Of a DNA stretch of 64,000 nt, positions 55,757-64,000 are shown piece by piece (within the stretch, counting starts at the first letter, position 1; every line of letters begins with the position of its first letter). Below the pieces are notes generated by a model, which saw only the letters and a list, made by a program, of their open reading frames with translations, was not told the DNA's origin and made no database searches. The DNA is taken from the IMG/VR virus record IMGVR_UViG_3300036770_006893, positions 160,358 through 224,357 of that record; one strand, written 5' to 3'. The position numbers were made by a program, and so were the translations under genes.

Positions 55757-55975
55757 TTATCTAGCCCTCCGGTTTGCTCTATCTAATTTGCGAATAGTTT
55801 CTCTAGCATTAGCAGGAACCATAACCAAACTGGGTGCTGTTTTGTGTCCCCAATCCATAAATCCAACAGCACGATTCTCTACACTACAATCTTTACAGAT
55901 AATCTTACGGCCAGTTTCAACAAGAAATTCATAACGATCAAAATCAATATCGTTTTGACAATAAATACAATTCAT
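55757..55975 (-). CDS. DksA/TraR-type C4 zinc finger protein
   Basis: C..C...I...R.E.L......C..C; GGAGG RBS. Confidence 0.6.
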   Translation of the reverse strand: MNCIYCQNDIDFDRYEFLVETGRKIICKDCSVENRAVGFMDWGHKTAPSLVMVPANARETIRKLDRANRRAR

Positions 55976-55995
55976 TGGTATCCTCCGTTGATTGG

Positions 55996-56023
55996 ATTAT
56001 ACCATACTCATCGGCACTGTCAA
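55996..56023 (-). promoter_or_regulatory. Early promoter
   Basis: TTGACA-GTGCCGATGAGTATGG-TATAAT. Confidence 0.75.
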
Positions 56024-56455
56024 CCGGGTTGCTTGAATCGGATTTCCTATACTATCAACAAAGTCTCCGTTGTCAGTACTATAATAAACATCATTCAAGC
56101 CAACGCTGCTTAATAACTTGCTGCAATTTTCACAAGGTTTACTACCCAGAATTAATCCTTTTCTATTAATTCGCATAACAACAATACTCCAGTTAGGATC
56201 AATAGTATTATAACGACCCAGCAATTCAGAAATAAGCCTAGACTCACTATGATAGTAGGGAAACTCTTTATATTTAGGAAGATTAAAGTCTTCGCCTATT
56301 CTGTAGGCTCCAGCATGGGTTTTGATAGGATTGTTTTGGGTGAAACAAATTAGTTTTGTTCCATCATAACAACCAGCATAATGGTAACATCGAATACTTT
56401 TAGTCGGATTCCAATTCTTGTATGCTCGTCTGATCGTTTTGTTTATTATTTTCAT
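55997..56455 (-). CDS. Cytidine/dCMP deaminase-fold protein
   Basis: HSE ... SKPC..C Zn motif, VYYST. Confidence 0.75.
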   Translation of the reverse strand: MKIINKTIRRAYKNWNPTKSIRCYHYAGCYDGTKLICFTQNNPIKTHAGAYRIGEDFNLPKYKEFPYYHSESRLISELLGRYNTIDPNWSIVVMRINRKGLILGSKPCENCSKLLSSVGLNDVYYSTDNGDFVDSIGNPIQATRLTVPMSMV

Positions 56456-56587
56456 TTTTTATCCAAAGATCATCAGCCATTTCGATATCATAGTAAGTAG
56501 GTGTAGTTAGTGGAATTTTTTCTGGTTCTTTATTTCTTGGATTGTCTGTTAGTGGTATTTTTTTTGGTTCTTTCATAGCGTATTTCC

Positions 56588-56734
56588 TTATTTATTTGCT
56601 AGTATATATAGTCCAACATTAGCAAAAGCATATCCGATATATGTTATTAGCATACCAGTATTGCCTTTGTATCCTTGCTCGCAAGCAACGTACAAATAGC
56701 AGCAACCAGTAAAAGCAATTAACCAAGCACTCAT
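56588..56734 (-). CDS. 48-aa conserved phage membrane protein (not in the ORF track)
   Basis: MSAWLIAFTGCCYLYVACEQGYKGNTGMLITYIGYAFANVGLYILANK; ATGA overlap with uvsE. Confidence 0.6.
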   Translation of the reverse strand: MSAWLIAFTGCCYLYVACEQGYKGNTGMLITYIGYAFANVGLYILANK

Positions 56735-57648
56735 GCGATTACCCCTTTACAGATTTCTTCATGATGTTCTATAGCATAGTCTTTCATTTTGAGTTCCATA
56801 TCAACATCAAATTCTAATCCATAGTTATTAAACATATTTTCAGCATAATCAGCATGAGCACGGGGATTATTTCCCGGCCTACTTTCGCTGTAGTGAAAAA
56901 GCGGTCGATATCCTTGCCATGTCAAATAGCAAGACTCAAGTGCTTCTTGTTCATTTAAATCATTAGGATTGCACTTGTGATGAAGATAATCAAATGTAAT
57001 AGGTATATTTGTGGCAGGGTGAAAATGTTCGATAAGTTCTTTCACACTCCAGCAGTTAACTTTGTCATCATTTTCAATAACAAGTCTGCTCCTGCAATTA
57101 GGATCAAGACGATTAAAATTTTGAATAAAACGATCAATGATTTCAGAGTGTGTTCCATTTTTATTATGAACGTGCAGGTTCATCGGGTTGTTATAATTTG
57201 CTTCAAGGCCGATTCTGTCGAAGAAATTGCTGTAGAAGTTAAGTTCTTTGATTGTTTTTTCGACTGCTTTGGGATTGAGAGATGCCAATACATTAAATTC
57301 GCTAGGATGACAAGAAACACGAACCCCAGTATCGGAAATAGTTTGTGAAATATTCTTAAACTCGTTTTGTATGTCATCATAATTAGGCAACTCTTCTAAT
57401 GATACATTTGCCTCATCATATGTTATCAGTGGAAAGATATCACTACTAACACGATATGTATAATTATTTTTGGAGCAATATTTGATAGTTTCATTAGTTG
57501 TTTTGAGGTTGTTTAGAATTCTATCTCCAAGAGTTTGGACCGCCTCTTCTCTGCGTAGGCAATTAAATCTTTTAAAGGTCATGGTTTGATGACCAATACC
57601 CTGTTCTTTAAGTTTAAGGGAAATACAACACAGTCCGTAGCGATTCAT
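56731..57648 (-). CDS. uvsE: UV-damage endonuclease UvsE/UVDE
   Basis: YRVSSD.FP, RVS.HP..FNVL.S, LVIENDD, FD.LHH, HYSE, HADY, E.K.KD. Confidence 0.92.
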   Translation of the reverse strand: MNRYGLCCISLKLKEQGIGHQTMTFKRFNCLRREEAVQTLGDRILNNLKTTNETIKYCSKNNYTYRVSSDIFPLITYDEANVSLEELPNYDDIQNEFKNISQTISDTGVRVSCHPSEFNVLASLNPKAVEKTIKELNFYSNFFDRIGLEANYNNPMNLHVHNKNGTHSEIIDRFIQNFNRLDPNCRSRLVIENDDKVNCWSVKELIEHFHPATNIPITFDYLHHKCNPNDLNEQEALESCYLTWQGYRPLFHYSESRPGNNPRAHADYAENMFNNYGLEFDVDMELKMKDYAIEHHEEICKGVIA

Positions 57649-57665
57649 AGTAAAGCCTCAAGCGT

Positions 57666-57693
57666 AGTATACCTCATCATCGACAAAAGTCAA
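57666..57693 (-). promoter_or_regulatory. Early promoter for uvsE
   Basis: TTGACT-TTTGTCGATGATGAGG-TATACT. Confidence 0.7.
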
Positions 57694-57883
57694 CCGTTCG
57701 CTTGAGGGATTTCTTCTACTGATAAAATTTTTTGAACGATGATATCATCAATTAAAAGATTAAAAGTAAATTGTTTTTCTGCCTTATCTTTATCTGATGA
57801 ATGCACTATTTCATTGTATAATAGGCTTTGCCCAGGATTATCTCCACACATATCACAAACCTGTGCCGTAACATTAAATGTTC

Positions 57884-58537
57884 TCATAAAATCCAATCTT
57901 TTTCAAGACCTCCTAATGCCTCACTAATGATGGGAAAGTGTTCAACAAAAATTGCTTTACATTCTTTTGCTATAAGCATGTGTTCTTTTTGAGTGCCATT
58001 TTTTTCTCTTAAAGATATGTATGTTATCCACGATCTCAAATTTCCGCTCATGTACAATCTGGTAGGAGTGGCTAAGGGCAATATGAACCTAGCACACTCT
58101 TTTGCAATTCCATCACGAATCATTTGATCATATAATAATTTAGCGCTTCTAAAATGGTCTGAAATTCTAGCGTTCCAATATTTTTTTTCATAGTCATCTA
58201 TACAGTCTATACTATTTTGTCTGTTTTTTGTGTCTTGTTTACGCAAGTCGAACAGGGGTATATCGTCGCTAAGTAAGGTTGTATCAGCATATCTTTGGCT
58301 GAATTCTTGAAAAGTAAAACTACGATGGCGTAAAATCTGGGCAGCAAGACCTCTGGTTGTGTTTATTTCCAGAGTCATAAAGGCCATTTCAAATATACTC
58401 CAATGATGGTGGTCTATACAATACTTTAAAAGCTTGCTAATATTTTCATTGTCTTGGTTATTTGGATTGCTCACTCTAGCACAATACGCAATATGTTTTT
58501 CTGCGTCTGGAGTTGTGCTAATTAATTTTACATTCAT
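57884..58537 (-). CDS. thyX: FAD-dependent thymidylate synthase
   Basis: ARVS, H.S.FE, RHRSF.FQEFSQRY, E.AR..LP, TQ.EH; start placed at MNVKL (ATGA overlap with an upstream small ORF). Confidence 0.95.
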   Translation of the reverse strand: MNVKLISTTPDAEKHIAYCARVSNPNNQDNENISKLLKYCIDHHHWSIFEMAFMTLEINTTRGLAAQILRHRSFTFQEFSQRYADTTLLSDDIPLFDLRKQDTKNRQNSIDCIDDYEKKYWNARISDHFRSAKLLYDQMIRDGIAKECARFILPLATPTRLYMSGNLRSWITYISLREKNGTQKEHMLIAKECKAIFVEHFPIISEALGGLEKDWIL

Positions 58538-59159
58538 GGTTTTTCCCATAGTTTTGTAATTTTTTTCCATATCGGTCTAAAAAAATAAGCGGTTATTACG
58601 CTAGAGATACCGCCGATAATACCATTAGCAACTGCTACTGGTACAACCACACAGGTATAAACAAAGTTTTTATTTTTTTTAGTATTCACTTACTTCTACT
58701 TTTTTAAGTTCTAGGTTATCTCGATACTCTTTTTGATGATCTAACCACTTATCATCAGTCATATGATTGTATATCGCTGTGGCAAGTTTGCTAACGCTTG
58801 AGGCAACACCACTAGACATAGGATCACTAGAGTCAAATTTTGCCCAATAATATTGACCATCTTTTTTATCTTTAATGGTTTCATATCCTTTGTTTTTCGC
58901 CCAAGTTTTAATTTCTTTCCAAAGCATAACCAGTCTCCTTCAGGTAATAGTACCACATTTGGATCAATTGTCAATGCGGCCATAAATCTATTTTTGTAAT
59001 TGCTCCATAGCATTTATTTTTTGTCTATCGAGAAATCCAGCGGCATATCCGTGCATATATATTTCCTTATATAAGGACATTATTTTTTCGACTGATATAT
59101 TTATTGCTGAATCATTTCGAGCCAGCCATTCATTAAATGAGCGTTCTTCATCACACAAA

Positions 59160-59783
59160 TCATCCCAGTCTTCTGTCATGTTTTTTATATCTCCTATAAA
59201 TAGAAAAAACTTTATTTATTAAATTTGAATCAAGATTATTACGAATAAACTCGTCGTCATTATCGGTTATATATGCTTGTATTTCATCATTTAATACAGT
59301 TTTGGCATATCCTTTTGTAAGTATATAGTTTGATACTTTAGCAAAACCTTTACGATGTTTTTTGATTAAGTCATCTATTTCATTCCTGTAGTTTTCATCA
59401 TATCCATACATCGCGTGAGATAATTCGTGCCGTAGAGTACTATTATTTTGAGCTCCTATAATATAGAAATCATCAACTCTATATTTTAGCAAGGTTAATA
59501 ATTCTGTCTCTTGTGGTGTTAATGGATCAAATAGTCCGTCTTTAAAAGGACTCAGAACACAACTGGGAAAGTTAAAACCGATCCATATTTCACTATATAA
59601 ATCTGCGCCATATTTTTTGCTATAAAAACTTTTTATATCACCAAGAGTAAAAATTTTGTTACGAAATTTATTACTAGGACTCTCGTAATATTCTTGAAAA
59701 CGTATAAAAGTTTCACCAAGTTCTTTTTGAGAGTCTGCGCTAATCCAAACGCTGTTATAGGGCTGGTTTTTGATCTTTAACAT
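59160..59783 (-). CDS. Hypothetical protein with HExxH motif
   Basis: F.RFQEYYESP, W.GFN.P, HELSH, DE.QAY. Confidence 0.55.
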   Translation of the reverse strand: MLKIKNQPYNSVWISADSQKELGETFIRFQEYYESPSNKFRNKIFTLGDIKSFYSKKYGADLYSEIWIGFNFPSCVLSPFKDGLFDPLTPQETELLTLLKYRVDDFYIIGAQNNSTLRHELSHAMYGYDENYRNEIDDLIKKHRKGFAKVSNYILTKGYAKTVLNDEIQAYITDNDDEFIRNNLDSNLINKVFSIYRRYKKHDRRLG

Positions 59784-60504
59784 ATTCGCCTTGCGTCCTT
59801 AGTTGCAAAATATAATTATATAGATCTATCTCTAATGGTATTTTTGATTTAATTTTTTCTATTAGATCATTTGGATAATTAGGTTTATTGCTACTTTTAT
59901 TAGTTATTATATTATTTAGTTTTAGATTAAATGGATTTGTTTTATTAAATATTTCAATGTCTTTGTCTAGGGTATGTAAATGAAAAATAAAATTATAGCA
60001 ATTTTTGTATATGTCTTTAGCTATGTCATATTTTTCTTGGTCTGATGCGTTTATATTGTATGTAACATAATTCATATAAAGCTTACCGCAGTCATAAATT
60101 AGGGCGTCAAGAGATTTTTCGTTATTTAATAAATCATCTATAGGTATTCGGCAGAAAAATTCATTGTGACTAATGATTCTGTCTATGGGGTTCCTGACGC
60201 ATACTGATCTATATGTTAGGCTTTTGTTTAAATCGAAGATGTTTTCTATTTGTAGATATTTACTATGATCAACGAATACTTTTGTTTTAGGATGTATTAT
60301 TTTTTTAATACATACATTAGATTCTTGGCCTAGTGTAATGTTGTTGTGGGTAAGGTCGCTTATGTATATGGGTTGCTCATAAAAATTATTCCCGTCATTT
60401 TTTAGACAGGCTCGGTATATCATGCGCCTAAAACTTGTTCCTCCACATTTTGGTATATGATTAAACACCAGATACTGTGGCGGTGAATTATAAGCTAAGT
60501 CCAT
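59755..60504 (-). CDS. Sulfotransferase family 2 protein
   Basis: F.HIPKCGGTS (5'-PSB), RNP.DR..S (3'-PB), D..LY. Confidence 0.8.
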   Translation of the reverse strand: MDLAYNSPPQYLVFNHIPKCGGTSFRRMIYRACLKNDGNNFYEQPIYISDLTHNNITLGQESNVCIKKIIHPKTKVFVDHSKYLQIENIFDLNKSLTYRSVCVRNPIDRIISHNEFFCRIPIDDLLNNEKSLDALIYDCGKLYMNYVTYNINASDQEKYDIAKDIYKNCYNFIFHLHTLDKDIEIFNKTNPFNLKLNNIITNKSSNKPNYPNDLIEKIKSKIPLEIDLYNYILQLRTQGEYVKDQKPAL

Positions 60505-61250
60505 AGATTTTTACGCACTCGTATCAATTCGATCAGCATTTTAGTGTCTTCATTTTCTTGATCTATTTCTTTTTGATATGCTTGCTCGTATAACGTCTTT
60601 TTGTTCTTATATTTTTTATTATCACAAATATCTGCGATATCTCCTAATGATGGATCGTCATATGGAGATTTACGATTTGGTCTTTCATTTTTCCACCACT
60701 CATACAATTTTCTAATTTTTCTATATGCTTTTGCTTGATCTGTTAGTTTGCCATAATGCTCATCATCTGGAGATGTTAAATAATCTTCGTCGTATTTTAA
60801 ATTAGTAACCCAATCCAAATAATCATATGCTGCTTCTATACAGCGTCCGTTTTTGAATTTGTACTTTTTATCTTGACTCCAGAGGCTTAGGTGAGCCAAT
60901 TCTACCTCAACAAAGTCTACCAACTCATTAAATAAACCATATAATATACGAGTATCAAGATCGTAATATTGTCCAGGTTTTAATCCTGTGCGAATATAGT
61001 GAAGTTTATCAAAATAACGATTACGAATATAAATTTTTACTGTTCTGTAAATATCGTACGGAAAATAAACTATGTCTTGAATTTTTGGCAACAAGGTGTC
61101 GCTTAACCAAAAACGCCACGGTCTTTCTTCTTTTTGTTTTTTGTCCCACTTATCCCACTCTCCCCATTCAAGAGCATAGGGTTTCTTTTCGCCTCTTATC
61201 CAATCGGCAAATTTAGAACAATTCCAGTGATGTAATCTGTCTTTTATCAT
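60495..61250 (-). CDS. Conserved phage hypothetical protein
   Basis: 251-aa ORF; G...D.D.RIL...F..LVDFVE.E, LY.WWK..RP.R. Confidence 0.6.
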   Translation of the reverse strand: MIKDRLHHWNCSKFADWIRGEKKPYALEWGEWDKWDKKQKEERPWRFWLSDTLLPKIQDIVYFPYDIYRTVKIYIRNRYFDKLHYIRTGLKPGQYYDLDTRILYGLFNELVDFVEVELAHLSLWSQDKKYKFKNGRCIEAAYDYLDWVTNLKYDEDYLTSPDDEHYGKLTDQAKAYRKIRKLYEWWKNERPNRKSPYDDPSLGDIADICDNKKYKNKKTLYEQAYQKEIDQENEDTKMLIELIRVRKNLWT

Positions 61251-63774
61251 AAGTCTATATTGACTTGGTTTTCATTAATTAGTCTATAAAATTCTTCTCT
61301 TATCTTATCTAAAGCATCATCAGCATCTTTAAATGTATGACCATACTTATGCCATGCTCGTAACTGTTGACTATAATCCCACAAAAAAGTTTGCATCTTA
61401 GTTGCCTGAGATGTTACCTCGTATTCTCTTTCTTCTTCTGGTAAGTCGAATTCAAATGTTATTTTTGGCATATTATTTTCCCAATGCTTTTGTGCTAAAG
61501 TCTAACTTATTATTTTCTTCACTTTCGTATAAAGAAATCCAATCCCCTACTAAATTTACCTCTATTTCTTCTGCGACAAGATCATAGTCCTTAAAGGTGT
61601 CGCCATCATATATTCTAAAAAAATATCCTTGTTTGACTGGACTATAAAGGAAAAACCCTTTAGCATTTTTTGCAGGCTTTTCTTTGTAGTTTACTAAATC
61701 ACCAAACATTAGTATAAACTCCTGGCTCTAATTTTGGTTCGTAGGGTCTAACAGTCCATCCTAATTTAATGAGATCAAGACGTATTTCGTCAGTTACAAC
61801 ACTTTCTGGAACGTAACCTTCTTTATCGGCCATACCAGAACAATACCAATCTAGATAAGTCTCACCGACATCCCTTATATCTGCTACAATATTACCAGCG
61901 CCACGCCAAGAAGTACTCCATTCTTCATCGCCATAAAAAAAACTATTATTACACATAGCAGCATAAAGATTTTGACTATAAACTGTGCTATGTTTACATT
62001 TTTCTACTATGGTATCGCTGTCGAATATATCTATATCTAGATTTGGTTTCATCTGTAAATTACTACTGGTTGTAGTATCCACTGAGTAAAAGGTCTACTA
62101 ACTACTGTTTGCGTTTTACAAAAAACTCTTTGTTGTTCGACTATAAAGTTTTGCTGAGAGATATAAGGAACCCATTGATAAACTACTACTGGTTGAGGTT
62201 GAGGAATATAAGTTGTTTGAGTTTGAACAACTTCTTGATATTGGACCCAATTTTGCGCATAAATATTTGATCCCATCACAATAAACACTAACACCATCAA
62301 GCATCTTGCTAAATTTTTCATATTATCTCCTTAATTTTTATTCTTACCACACCACTCTGGAAAATCAGTAGTTTCTAAATTTCCCAGTAAAAGAGTAGAC
62401 GGACTTATTGAAAGATTACGAATAGCATAACATTTGTGGCCATCAGAATCATAGCCACAGTCCATGATATCGTATTCTGTTACGCTATGCAACATTTGGA
62501 TCAATTGCTCTATACTATTCATGGGTTACTCCACCATAAAATAGTTCTAAGCCTAAACATAAGTTAGGTTTATCTAGATTAATTACTATATGGGTATCGT
62601 CTATTTCTTTAATAGGATCAGCAAATAACAAAATATGACCTATTTTCATAGAGTTATCAAAAAAGAATAAATAAGTATGGTCGTATGTCCATTTTGAATA
62701 ATCTTCGTACACACCATCGTGTACTAATCTTATCATAACAACTCCATCGAAGTTGTTTTTATCTTTAAAGTATTTTGCTAGTGATTTCATTCTACATCAT
62801 AATACTCAGGAAACATATCTAGATACAAATCAGCAAACGGGGCATTAATACCGTCATTGATTTCTAATCCAAAAATTGGCATCTCATTTTCTTCTTGATT
62901 ATCTTCAGAATTTTGCATATATTTTTCTGATACAAAATAAAAAGAAATTAGCGAGTAAAATACCCAGGGATATTTCTAATATTTTCAGTAGGCTCATGAT
63001 TGTATCTAGGTTTCTTATATCCACAAAATACTTGACTTGTAAGTACCCCAATACCAGTTATAAGGGCAACAGCAACACCGACCACAAAAATAATTATATT
63101 ATCCATTGTTTGTCAAATTCCCTAATGAAAGAATAGATGGAACCCAAAGACCAACAAAAACAGCCTGATCCCTAGATAGGTCAGTATCTCCGATAAACCA
63201 AAGAGTAACACTAAAAACAAAACTAGCGAAAGCCGCAACCAGAAAATAATACTTACTCATATAAATCCTATCTATTTGTAAAAGTTTAATTAAGCCCTGC
63301 CGTCACGAATCATATCAATTAATTCCACAACATATCGCGCTGTGTCTGGAGCATTGTTTCCTCCAAAATAATAACTACCAGTAAAATCATACATGCTCTG
63401 TAAATTTTTATCTCTGGTATACTCTCTATAGTAGTAGTCGCCATACTCCATGTAAAGATAATTGGCTACTTGACTCATAAAATTAGTAACATTAAATACA
63501 ACAGGATTATTCATTTAAATTCCTATTAAGAGTAAACGTCGGCAACATCATTATCGGTTGAATCTCTATATTGATCCAGTTTAAAACACTGAGTCATGGT
63601 ATCAAACAACTTATTTGCTTGGAGCGTAAGCATCACTCGTAGCCCCTCAATAGCATTAACAATCTCATCTCTGCTCAAACCATGCTCAAGAATTCCCTCG
63701 CTCAATGTTCCAAGATCATCAGTAAAAATATGTAATTTGGTAATCTCATTTTCTAAATCAAATCTATCTTTCAT
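61247..63774 (-). other. Cluster of small early-region hypothetical ORFs (61247..61471, 61473..61709, 61699..62082, 62049..62321 with signal peptide, 62331..62522, 62515..62790, 63290..63514, 63526..63774)
   Basis: Tightly packed, overlapping minus-strand ORFs typical of large-phage accessory regions. Confidence 0.55.
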
Positions 63775-64000
63775 ACTTCCTCTTCTCCTGTTTCAAAAAT
63801 AACTGTCTTTTTATTGAGACACACTTCAATTTTACCTACAATGTCATATAAATCTAAGTGATTACTAGCAATCAATCTTGCTGGTTCTGGTGATACATTA
63901 GATACGTTATGGCTTTCATCGTAGCAGACTTCATGTATGCTGTATGTGATGGTAGGTTCATCAAAACTAGTATGCTTCGTTGTTTGTTTAACAACTCTAA

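Noticed and set aside
1-64000. CRISPR array, IS/transposase, integrase, intron or intein
   Set aside because: No regularly spaced repeats or corresponding motifs were seen; ligase, RuvB and ThyX have normal lengths.
1-64000. Eukaryotic giant virus or bacterial chromosome
   Set aside because: The sigma factor, SD sites, sigma70 promoters, tmRNA, rIIA/rIIB, tail-fibre domains and dense small ORFs indicate a bacteriophage.

Overview
This is a 64-kb segment of a large, AT-rich, tailed dsDNA bacteriophage genome (jumbo-phage style), with almost all genes on the minus strand. A Planctomycetota-like host is suggested by the FGE-type domains, the ferredoxin and the secreted proteins, but this is inference only. 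From left to right: (i) 1-12 kb, tail-fibre/adhesin-like genes (an Mtd_N-like fibre, plus giant proteins with circularly permuted FGE-sulfatase/C-type-lectin domains, LecA-like modules, BspA/DUF285 repeats and long Pro/Thr mucin-like stalks); (ii) 12-24 kb, a DeoC-like protein, ClpP, a phage sigma factor, a PAP2 phosphatase, a decayed GIY-YIG endonuclease, GMP reductase, glycosyltransferases and a macrodomain; (iii) 24.6-30.4 kb, a plus-strand glycosylation island including a GT60-type polypeptide GlcNAc-transferase; (iv) 30-37.8 kb, a subtilase, a volactin-like actin with a membrane-anchored neighbour, thioredoxin, a sulfotransferase, GT32, RuvB and an atypical RuvA-like protein; (v) 38-64 kb, an early region with RepB-like primase, rIIB/rIIA, a kinase-like protein, DNA ligase, a glycosylase, UvsE, ThyX, tRNA-Leu(UAA), tRNA-Ile(UAU), tmRNA and endonucleases flanking these RNA genes. 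Top observations: a small HTH-like gene whose 3' stem-loop carries a loop antisense to its own ribosome-binding site and to a second 5'-UTR site (putative RNA switch); a candidate phage mucin-type O-glycosylation system; a phage volactin-like cytoskeleton; a codon-usage split between early and late genes that matches the two encoded tRNAs; and two conserved promoter classes. All family assignments come from motif recognition by eye, not database searches.
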